Source: Octopus vulgaris
Lineage: Eukaryota
NCBI GenBank assembly: GCA_951406725.2
Contig: OX597814.1
Coordinates: forward strand, 52,762,001-52,826,000
DNA length: 64,000 bases
Direction of reading: 5' to 3'
The position numbers and the translations under genes were made by a program. This document shows positions 48,401 to 60,753 of the stretch, one piece after another (positions within the stretch are counted from its first letter, which is position 1; each line of letters opens with the position of its first letter). Below the pieces are notes generated by a model. It had not been told where the DNA came from. It worked only from the letters and a program-made list of their open reading frames with translations, and searched no databases.

Positions 48401-51400
48401 ATTTTGTTCATCTTTATGTTCTGAATTCAAATTCTGCCACGGTTGACTTTGCCATTCATCCTTTTGGGGTTGATGTAATTAACTTTTCCCCTGCTCCAAA
48501 ACTGTGCCAAAGTTTGAAACGAACATTAATCAGAGCCAATAAATATTTTAATTCTAAGGCACTCTTTACTCTGTAATGTACTTAAATATGCCCCACTATG
48601 CTATTCTGTTTTCACATCTGTCACCCTTTTTTGATCAGTAACACCTCAGATTACATCCAAATATCATTTACCTTATTGATAGATTTCTCTTCATTCAGAA
48701 TATTTATTCTCTATGATTATGTTGTTATTTCACTACTTGTATCATAATAGAATCTGCTCTTTAAACTTTACTAGTTGCATACAATATTGACTCTTCATGA
48801 ACTCTCCCACTGAATTTGCCTGGCTCCTCATGTGCTGAAAACCCACATCAAAGATTACATTCCAAGGATCCATGCTATCACTAGATTCACATTCAATATA
48901 AATTATTATCACTTATATAACAGAGTTTATTCTTTTACTTTTCAGTAAGTTCTCTATCTGAGCAGTTCATAGTTTTCAATTCATAATACATTATTTCAAG
49001 AAAGAACTACATATACTCTTGGCTTTCATAAACCATTCCCAGCTCTCTGTACTACTCACCAAATTCACAGACTCCAAATTCAAAATTTATCTTAGTCTTA
49101 TCAATTTCAATCATTCTCTCCAGGTTCCAAATTCAAAAAGGTTGTTTATAAGCTATAATAATAGCCTTCTTCCTCAGAAATGAAAATAACATTAAGCACA
49201 GTGCTTAGATCCCTTCTAATCATAAAGGTATCAAACCTCTACAAATGTCTATTTTCAAAGTAAAATACCAGAATGTATTGACCAGCAGCCACTCAATAAC
49301 TCTGGATTTTATGACTAACATACTTCAAGTCAGCTGTAGAAATATTTTAGTGGAGAGAGAAATTATAGAAAAGGTTAGATTTTCTTTTCAGTCATATGAA
49401 GTTTGTTGACATTTATAACCAAATCCATAATTAGCCAATAAACTGACCAACTGACAAATTGCAGAGTTTACTATCTTCTGAAAGAATTACTAAAGTTGGT
49501 AGGTCAGTGAAAGGATACCTATTAGATAGAAGTAAATCAACAAGAACACCAATTATTTCATAATATATTCTTTGAGTTAATGAAGCCCTGATCTTATTTT
49601 CCTTAATAATTTAAGTATTTTATATTTTGCATGCTGTAGAAAGTCATGTTTTTAATTTTTAATAAACCACACTAATTGCTTGTATCTTAGTGATGTGTGA
49701 TTTGGTTATAATAAAAATTATGTATGGAGTGGTGTGGTTGTGTGGTCAGAAATTTGTGGCTTCTGAGTTCAATTCCAGGTAGTGACCTGAATAATAATAA
49801 TAAGAAGAATTTCCCTAAGACAGCCATGAAGGCTGGAGGGTATATCAACCAAAATGTTGAGTTAACAACAAACAAGATGAGTACAAATATCCATCAAATG
49901 TAAATAATACCCAGCTTACCAGTTTTTAGTCAAACTGTCCAGCCTATGCCAGCATGGAAAACAGACGTTGTTAAATGATGATGATGATGGTGATGAAATT
50001 CAACAAAAAGGCATCCTAATCATGGAAAACTGGATGTAAAACTGTAGTCATTTCATTCAAATTAAGGTGCATTCCAGAAGTTTTGAGACTTATTTTACTG
50101 ATAGTAATTTTAGTATGTCATTACTATACATATTATTACCTGACCTGCTGACTTTTATTTTTCCAGATTGAAAGAGACAGCTGTTACAGCACTTTGAACA
50201 CACTCTACTGAACAGTACTTCTCACAGCGGGCTAGCTTGCAGAATGCAGTTGAGATTGAAGACAATTTAGAAGCTTGCTATGCAATAAAGTTTTGTGTTA
50301 AACAAAGCAAAAATGCTACAGACTGTTCATAGATTAACTTGTATGAGCTGAGCATGTTTTTTGCCGCAAAGAGAGATTCAAGGATAATGGAGAGGAGGTG
50401 AGAGACGATGAGAAGTGTATGCATGTGTGTGTGTGTGGGAAAGAGGGACATCAGGACATCCTGAGAAAATTTGCAATGGTTTGGATGAAGAACACTGTGT
50501 GTCTATAAAGACAAAAAGCATAGATTTAGTGTGGCAACCGTACACAGAATTATTCATGAAGATCTGAACATGCAAAAAATTTATGCAAAGTTTGCTCCCA
50601 GAGTGCTCAGTGATCAACAGAAAGGAAGATGTGCTGGAGATGGTTGAGCTCATTACTTCCAGTCCAAGAGTACTTGAATCTCTGGTGACTTGTAACAAAA
50701 GATGAGCCTACTGTTATGATCCAGAAACCAAGAGACAGAGTGCCCAATGTAAGCATCTTGTCAGTCCTAGACCCAAGAAGGTCAGGCAAAGCAAGTCCAT
50801 TGGGAAGCTGATGATGATCCCTGTTTTTAGCAGCAAGGGTTTCATCTATATCTATTGGGTTCTCTCTGATCAGATGGTCAACAAAGAATACTTTGTGGAG
50901 GTTTTGAGAGAGTTCAGAAAAGATTTTGTTGCAAAAGGCCAGAGCTCTTCCACTTGGGTTGGTGGCACCTGCACCAGGGCAATGCACCAGTCTGCAATTC
51001 CATCCTGGTAACCAACAACTTGACAGAGATAAGCATCAAAACTATCCCTCACCCTCTCTACAGTCTAGACCTTGTTCCTAAGACTTTTGGTCGTTCCCCA
51101 AGCTGAAGGAGAACCTCAGGGGCAGTTCTTTTGAAGATGAAGAAGGCTGTGTCAAGAGTCCTGGATACTTTCACTTTGGAGGACTTCCATGGGGCCTTCA
51201 TGAAGTGGCTGGTGCACTACAACAAGTGCATTGAAGCCAGAGGATCCAACTTTGAAGGAGATTAGAGTTTTGTACTTCTTTGAAATTAGTAAATGTATCT
51301 CCTGAAAAAGTTTCAAAAATTCTAGAATGCACCTCAAATATATTCATTTGTCTTATATTCCTTTTCCCAGGCTAGCATGGTTTAAACAAGAACATATTAC

Positions 51401-54400
51401 TGAGGTATTGTTTTACAGCCAGATGCCCTTCCTGTTACTAACCTATCTTACAAGTAAAGGTGTTTTCATTCCACTTGTCTTCAAAAGTAAAGAACTTGCA
51501 AATGATTATTGACAAATATCAATATTACCATCTACAGTTCAGTGCTTTTTTTATATGAATTGTCGAATGTAAATGTACAGATGCACGCTTCTGCTAGCAT
51601 AGAAAAATGAATGAGAAACACACAAATGAATGATTAAAAGGATACATAAATTCTTGCCATGGGTATTTAATGTTCACTGAAATAATAAATGGCATTTTGG
51701 CCCCACGTCCAATGGTCCAAGCATAGTAAGGTTCTATCAATTTGGTGGTCACTGGAAAGAAACAGAAAATTTAGTGCACTGTTATGATAAGGTAAAATAT
51801 AACAAAACTGATTTCATTTTGTATTTATTTTCTCATGATAGCATGGGTGTGATGGTTTTGAGAAATGTTGATGTTTTAAAAATTGGTGACAGGATGAGCA
51901 TCTAACTGTGCCTGAAGTCATTGTACTTGGGAACTTTATCTTTATTGCACATGGCTCCTCTTTCCTCTTGTATTCCTTTCAACCTGAGACTGGTGTCTTA
52001 AACACAAATTCATCTGTCATCCTGAAATGTCTGTACTAGTTCATATCCAAACCTAACCATATCTCAAACACATATTCTGACATACCAGACAACTGTGAAC
52101 TCTTTCTACAATTGGATATTTCTCTATCACTAAGAGTAGTATAAATCTTGTTGTCAATGAGTTAATTCTTTCTGCTGTCAGCATTATGTGAAGGCTACCA
52201 CTAGATGTAATTGTTTTAACTGAAAATCCTTATGTCAATTAGTTATTTTTGTGTAATCTACAGCTGCTGGCAATAGTGTAATATGCTTTTACATATAACT
52301 TTCTTGAACTGTTTACTATTCAGTATAGAAGTTCAAGTTTGAAACAAGATGGATGATAAAACATATATAAACACCATATATTATGAAAGAGATTGTCAAT
52401 TTCTTAATTATTTGACAGGCGATAAAATTTGGTTAAAACAATTTTCAGACAAAAGCTTTTATAAAATTTATACTAGAACACATATTTAACCACAGCTCAT
52501 ATATTTCTCATCCTTGCACACTTGTAGATAGATGTTAAACTGATAATAATGATGATTTCAATGCTTTTTAAACAATATATTTGTGAGAATAGGAATGATG
52601 ACATTAATAACGTGCTGAATACCACTTTCTTTACTGCACATGTAAAAAAAAAAGCAATAAATATGAGCTATGTAAAAAAATTGCCAATGAGATATTTGAC
52701 AAATAAATCAAGGTTATTATCATGTTTTGATACCTGTCCACTCACATAATGCGCCCCAGTTCAGACTACCAAACTACCAACACAACAAATGTCCAGCTCT
52801 AATAAATTTCATTTTCCTAGTGGTTAATTGATGGTTGTAGGAGCAATTTATCTTCTAGAGGTAATTCAAAAGTTGTTTAACATATCTCTTTTGTTTATGA
52901 TTGCATCTGAACTAAGATAATTACTAGTTCTAGGAATATGGAGTTAATAATATAGGAGTTTTTTGCAGAAATATAAAACCTGGAAATGTTTAGGAAGCTA
53001 AGGAAAATGACACCTCATCTTGGTGGTCTAAAGTGAGAATGGTAATGTAAGCAGTCTCAACTAAGACCAACCATGTAGGTGGTTTAAACTAAAATTAGGC
53101 AAATAAGTGAACTAAACTGAGACTAAACTAGAACATGTCAAATAGGTTGGTTACACTGAGAAATGTAGCATTATATCAAAACAAAAAGTTTGGCTATATT
53201 AGGACAAATAGATAAATCAAAATAGATGAAATTGGTGGAGTAAACTAGTAAGTGGAGTAAAGAATGGCAGCTAAGGAAGTTAAAGTAGCACTTCTCAGGA
53301 GATTAAATAAGGATGAATAGATGGCCAAAATTATAAAAATAAAAATAATCTAAAACAAATAGGGGAACTAAATAAAGAAAAGTGAGTGACTAAAATAGAG
53401 CAAATAGGGGAAAAGACTTGGACAAATAGGTGATTAGACTAGGACACTCGACAGGTGTTAAATGAAGCAAGATATTGTTCCTCCAGCAAATTTTTACAAA
53501 AGAATGAACATACCATTTCTTTCATGATACTTCTTCAGGATATTAGACAAATCATAAGCTGAGGCATATACACTGTCAGAATCAATTATGGATGTCTGGA
53601 AATGAATGGGAGAACAGATTGAATTATATACATTGAAAGTATGTTAGTTAATATATCTCATGAAATATTGCGTCAAGATGAATTATATAACATAGAGCTT
53701 GTTTTACAGCAATTTTGCATATCTAATCATCATCATCATCATCGTTTAATGTCCATTTTCCATGCTATCATGGGTTGGACGGTTCGACCGGAGTCTGGGA
53801 AGCCAGGAGGCTGCACCAGGCTCCAGTCTGATCTGGCAGTGTTTCTACAGCTGGATGCCCTTCCTAACGCCAACCACTCCATGAGTGTAGTGGGTGCTTT
53901 TTACATGCCACCGACACAGGTATCACAACCACAATTTCCATTTGATATTTATTTTGATATGATTATAAGTATAATTTCCATATTCTTTGCTTGGTTATTA
54001 TCATTTAAGCAAAATTGGTAAAATGTTGGATAAAATCTCATATACTATTGCATTAAGTCCCAGAGCCAAAAATTGGAGCCAGTGAAGTACTGAGATCAAT
54101 TAAATCAACCATATTCCTCCCACTAAATCTGAAGTCTTGAACATATACTAGAAATGATCACCTCCTTTTGTTCTTGTTAACCTCATTAGAACCAACAATA
54201 CAATTGTCATTGTCCTCATATACCAGCAGCACAATAATACTCATTACTCATTATTATGTCTATATCATTGCCGATGTAATATTCCTCTTTCTCCTCTTCC
54301 CTCCATTGCTACCACCACAACCACCACCCTCACAACTGTAGTTAACATTACCAATCATTAGTCTGCAGTTGATGACTTATGACTGACTGACATTGGAAAG

Positions 54401-57400
54401 CAAATTCACATGAACATAATTCCAAACAAAAAAGAATTGATTACAAACCCCTAAAAGTCAAGAGATCAACTTCTGCTAACGGCAATTTATTGTGCCAATT
54501 TGGCAAACTGTTCCACCTAAATTGTATCCTTAGGCAATTACTACAACTAAATGAAATTCTTGATAAGAATTAATAAGATAGGATCTCCACATACTTAAAT
54601 AATTACTTTCTCAATCCTAAATTTAAAGACAATTGTTTTAAGACTTAACTATAGTTTGTGCTTTCAAATATTGCTGCCTTTATTGCCTTGTATTCTTGGA
54701 TACAGCACATTATCATTTTACATCATTTTACCATATTTGCATGGGTTGTGCAAGTCTTCGTATGTACAGCACATCACACTAGTTGGTGAGATCCTGTATC
54801 TGATCTCATCTTCATCCTCTCCTGAGATCAGCTTTCACCATTTCTTCCTATGCCTTTCTTGGTCTTCCTCTTCCACAAGCTCCAATTGGTTTTAGAAACT
54901 TCTTTCTCATTAAATAATTAATATTAAGAAAGGGTATAAAACCAAAGTCCTTCTACTGTAGAAATATTGGGTTCTGCAAAGCCATCCAACCAATGTAAAG
55001 GTGAAAAATAATCATCATAATTTTTTTTTGTTTAATCTTTTGTTTACTTATTAACATATTTTTACAGGAAGAGGAAGGAGTAACAAGTTGTACACCCCAG
55101 ATTAAACGGTGTGTGCAGCCATGCTTTGTGAACATAACTGCAAAGGCATTGCCATGGAGAGTAACCAGCAATACTCACTGCAACAACTACCTCATCTTGC
55201 AGGGATCATTTCTCAGAGGGGATGTAGTTATCCTGATTTGTGGAGAAATCAACAGTGCAGGATCCAAGAGCACCTGATGGTGACTAGCACAAACAGACTA
55301 GATAGTCTAGATAGTGACTAGCACAAACAAACAATGGCTGGTTAGGCTCCTGTATTTGTTTATCTTCCTCTCCTCTGCATTACGAGTTGCAGCAAGGTTG
55401 GAGCTGGGGAACGTGTTGCAGCATTTTGCAGTTTGTCTCCCTCATATAAGAAGTTTACAGCATCGAAATGCTTACTATCCTTGCAGTCAAGACCTACTGG
55501 CTTCAGTTGTGACATGAAGCCAGCTGTGTGGAGGCCCCTTCTAATTATACCATTCAGGGTGGCATGTCAGGAGAACCCGCCTGCACTATGGCTGCAAAAT
55601 AATTGATGTAGGCTGAATTCATTGACTACAGTTCCATAATGGCATTTGTGTGGCTCACACACAGACCAAGGTGCTGAGCCACCTTGATATGAGTGGACTC
55701 ATCATCAAGATGGTTAATAAAGAAGGGATTGTATTGAGCTATGCACCACTGTTTGACTGTGAAGCAGAATGGAGATGGGCAAGACAGCACTGGTCTAAGG
55801 ATGTCTCATTCTGCCTGAATATAGATTTTGATTTGATGTCATTGCAGTTACATTAGACACCTGTATTCTGGGGGATGGCAAGACCTTCAATGGTCAAATT
55901 GGCCAGAGCTGCCTATTCCAGTTCCTGGGTCACATTGAGTTCAGTCATCCTGTTGGGTGCTTTATTGATGAGGATGTGGCTGGAGGAGATTGAGGAAAAG
56001 ATCATCTACCAGAGCCAAGTCAATAGTGGAATTGAAGCCAAGGCCACTGAACTTAACAGGTAGTTTAGCCTGTTGCCAGCTGGTGCTGTCAAAACTGACA
56101 TTGCATATCAGTTCAGCACAACAACTGATGGTGGCATTGATTTGCCTGAGGCAATCTGTGAGAGGATGACATGGGATGCTACATAGTGAGAAAAGGAGCT
56201 TAGGCAGAGCAAAACAATTCCTCAAAAGGAACAGCGTCGGGAGGGTGGGGTGTCAATGAGATGCAATCTCTCAGACATCCTAGACAAGTCTGCAAGCTTA
56301 GTCTCCAGGCACTTTGTTATGGCTTTCAGGAGGATTGAGAAGCCAAGAATGCAGATGGCATCTCCTGGAGTCAGATGAGCCCCTGCCAAGATGGGTTGGA
56401 TGCTGAATATGGTGTCCTAGAAATCAACCTCATCACAGTTCAAGTTTATCACCTCTGACTTGGGTAGGTTGATCTCAAATCTAAGAAGCTTTAGGGCTGG
56501 GATGACCTGCTGAAAGTCCCCAACTACAGACACAGCTGAGCCAGCCAGGGTCACGTCATCCAGGTACCAGACACTGAAGGGTCAGTGGACTGGTTGGGCA
56601 ACATCACTGACAACCAACACAAAAAGGAGTGGACCATGAAGGTCATCCTGCTGAACACCTGTGGAAAAAGGAACCCTGTTGTCAGCAGCTATGAGTGTGC
56701 TGGATGTTCCAGTCTTTCAAGCTGTTGGTAGCAATATCTGGTCTATAGATGACGCTAGTGCTTCAGTCACAAAAGTATGGGCAGCTTTGGGGATTCTGAT
56801 GATGATTCTCTGCCACTGTGTAAAGCCGGAGATTGACACCAAGACTCATCTTGGCTGAGTGGGGTCTGCTCATAGTATTGAGAAGTATATTCTCCTCTGG
56901 AGGTTAGGCAGCTTGGGCAGTGCCACCAATGCAGGGATTCCAAGGTGCATTGGGTGAGTTTGACACAAGAGAGGTGGAAGAAATTGTTACAACAGTTACA
57001 GCATTTTCTTCCCTATACACACACATAATATATATATATATTGCTGACTGGCCCCTGTGCCGGTGGCACATAAAAGCACCCACTACATTCTCGGAGTGGT
57101 TGGCGTTAGGAAGGGCATCCAGCTGTAGAAACTCTGCCAGATCAAGATTGGAACCTGGTGCAGTCATCTGGTTCACCAGCCCTCAGTGAAATCGTCCAAC
57201 CCATGCTAGCATGGAAAGCGGACGTTAAACGACAACGACGACGATGATGATGATGCTTGTTAAGCATCTTTACGCTTCGTACAAATTTATAATTCATAGC
57301 TATTTAATGCTATTGTGCTTGCAATCCACCTCTGTCACTGCTGGTGTGATACCATCAATTTTAAAATTATACATCAATTTAAAAATTATACATAACACAT

Positions 57401-57415
57401 AATATATTTATTGTA

Positions 57416-57478
<63 letters not shown>

Positions 57479-60400
57479 CAATAAATATATTATGTGTTAT
57501 GTATATGAATTAAAACTTTAAAAAATTTCATTAAATATCTTAAAATGGAAATGAAATTACAGAAAGATACAGGAAAGTAAAATAAATGTCAATCCTCTCA
57601 TTTGTCTGTCTCTCTGCCAACATGATTAATAAGAAGCAAAATGGCTTTTAGAAGGAAAAGAAAAAAATAATGAAACAAAAGGCTGTCCAAGGAAAAGCTT
57701 AAAGTCTAATAAATTCACAGAAAAATTACTCTGTTAAAAAAAAAACAGAAAAAAAAACTCATCAAAAAGACTAACTCGCTTTTATTGTGTTTATTTTCTT
57801 TTTTGTAAGAAAGGACATTCAGTCTACAAGAGGTGAATTTCTAGCTAAAAGGTATTAGTGACACAAAATGTTTGGAAATTCTTCACTGAAGAAAATTCTT
57901 CACTGAAGAAAATTCTTCTAAGATATATGATAAATAGGGCAGTGTTGTCTTGTTAAAAATTACAGCATAATGTTTGTTGTTTTGATTCTGAAGTGGATTT
58001 AATGTGTGAGTGTAGATCAGACAGGACCTTTTGCTAGAAACAACAGTCCAAATTAATGCTGTCACAAATATGAAACCAATGTTAAAGCTCTAACAATGAG
58101 TATTGGTATGAATTACCAAACTTAACTGTGTGATAATATTTTTAAAGGTCATGGAGTTTTAGTTGCATTAACAGTTGTTGCTATTTTTGTTAAGCATCAG
58201 GTTGACTCTTACTGAGAAGACATGTTAGAGGTATTTCATCTGAGGCCATCACTTTTCCTCATTTTTTAAATATTAAGTATTACAATTTCTGAAGTATAAA
58301 TATTCTGTTTTTTTCTAGTGGTTGTTCACAAAAGGAAAAAATGTTGCAAGCATTGGGAAAATGCATGAACGTTGCTATTGCTCTATTTTGTTGAGCATGG
58401 CTTTCTTCTTGCTGTGCTTGGAAACAATCCACATAAGTAGTCAGTAAATAACTATTACAGACTTACCAATCACCACAATCTTCCAATAACCTTATCTTTA
58501 ACATGTTAAAAGTGTTATACACAAATGTTCACTTGTCATACACTCAAGCTGGGTTATCAATAGTGGTCCATATAACAAACATTCTCTTAGATACAGATTC
58601 AGTGATGTTTAGCAAATGAAACATTAACCTCTCTCCTCAAAAGAGGATATCATTTCAGCTTTCCATAATGGGAAAATAGCAGTTACAATCACCATCACCA
58701 TCGTTTAGCATCTATTTTCCATGATGGCATGGGGTGTATGGTTTGACAGGAGCAGGCCAGTTGGAGAGTTGTCCAGATTCCAGTTATTTGTTGTGGCAAG
58801 GTTTCTATGGTTGGATGCATTTTACATGCCATCATTACAATAGTAAACAAAATAAAACAAATATTAAAAGAAGAGGGTGATTTATCTGTAGTAGAAAGGA
58901 GAACAATTACATCATTAAACTTACGTTAAACCGTATATTATTGCCTTTATAGTGAAGTGGTATTCTCTGTACAGTTTCCAATGTACCATACACATTTATT
59001 TTGGCACCTGGTATTACAGATGAATGATGAATATATGCCATAGAATTCATAGTTATTGAACCGTGCTTCTGCAAAAAGAAAGACAATAAGGAATTTAAAT
59101 GTCATGTTATATAACCCATTAGGAACATTACTAAATTGATTACTACAGTAACTTGCTATTGCTATTTATTAAGTCCTGAATAGGATTTTGAACTTAGCAC
59201 AGCAAGGCAACAAAATACTTGAGAATTAAAGTGTTTTCATGGCATTACAACTGACAGTTAAGCACATGGAGGGTTGTATGTCTTTGCCAGTGCGAAGATA
59301 TGAACCCTCAATACCTTAGTTGATAGACTGGTATGCTATTGAATTGAGTGCGTGCAATACAGTCAATATTTTAAAACAAAAAGTCTGTTCATGGGTAAAA
59401 GGCTGGCGATTTGTATCTAGTGGGTTTGTTACTGAAAGCCAGTGTCTTGAGATTCATGCTGAGTGTTGATAGCTAGTAGAGTGGTAATCTATACTTGGTG
59501 GAAGCACATAAGTCATTGATAGCTACTGAACTGATTGTTGATAACTAGTGTATTGGGAGTTTGAAACAAATGATATATTTGTTGACAGATTGTAAGGTAC
59601 TAAAATTCTCCTGAAATTAAATACAGAGAAAAATACTTCATAATAAATATTACCTTTCACGAGTGCCTTGAATATTGTTTTCAAGTCTTACTAAAAAACT
59701 AAATACATTTAACCCTTCAGGATTCAGATTACTCTTTTAAATGTAATGCTTATTTATTGTTTTGAATTAATCATGTATTATCTCATAGCTTTGAGATTTT
59801 GATGAGGTGACTGTCTATTTTTAAAACGACATTGTAGGGTATGTGTGAAAAGCCAAATCTGGCCAGTTTGAATATAAACAGTTGGAATATTAGAGTTGGA
59901 TATAGCCAGTTTAAATACTAATGGGTTAATGCTGCCCTACTTTCTTACTGCTAAATGAGGTAAAACAGAGAATTTCTTGCCACTGTGGAAACCATGCCAT
60001 TTCAAAAAGACTTGCCAACCCCACAAAATCTTCTTATAACCCTATCTCTTAACATGTTAAAAGGTGTGATACACAAAATGTTCACTTGTCATACATTCAT
60101 GCTGATTTCCAAAGAGTAGTCCATATAACAAAAACATTTTACATACATTATCCTGTTTCTGTTACAGGTTATCAATTGAAGGAGGTTGTTGAGTGTGAAT
60201 CAATAGAGTTAAAACTGTTTCTAATTTCAATGATATGAAATATTCAATACTGAACTTACATGCAATTCATAATGGAAAAACAGTAACATTTCAATGGCAA
60301 CGACATTTTCTGAATCATATAGTGGCACTTCAAGGGTAAGCTGTAAGTTATCCAATTTCCCATCACCATTTATGTCTTCTTCCACTGACTGCAATATTTA

Positions 60401-60703
60401 CAATGAATCTTTTTAAAAATAAGCTCTTTGCAATATCCAAATAAACAACTACATAAATAAAAACAAAATTTAGTTCAGTTTTATATTTAAGAGACGAGGA
60501 ATTATGTACATTATTTACATTTGACGGATATTTGTCCTCATCTTGTTTGTTATTAACACAATGTTTTGGCTGATATACCCTCCAGTCTTCATTAGGTATC
60601 TTGGGGAAATTTTGAACATGGGTTCTCATTCTTAAGGTGGTGGTGGTGGTGGTGTTGTTGTTGTTCTTCTTCTTCTTCTTATTATTATTTATTATTTTTA
60701 TTA

Positions 60704-60753
<50 letters not shown>

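Larger units (their letters stand above)
45484..51645 (-). other. U12-type (minor spliceosome) intron 6 of TMEM231
   Basis: 5' site GTATCCTTTT (51645-51636); branch site TTTTCCTTGAC with the branch A at 45494. Confidence 0.9.

Noticed and set aside
53020-53460. CRISPR-like or coding periodicity in AAATAGG repeats
   Set aside because: Degenerate A-rich minisatellite with no constant repeat/unique spacer structure; eukaryotic context.
57878-57918. 18-bp tandem with internal palindrome (also short tandems at ~44650 and ~46220)
   Set aside because: Ordinary slippage duplications.
59230-59700. Exon-like minus segments with CTATCAAC repeats in TMEM231 intron 3
   Set aside because: Stops in the frames tested, an implied intron of only ~43 nt, and no homology.
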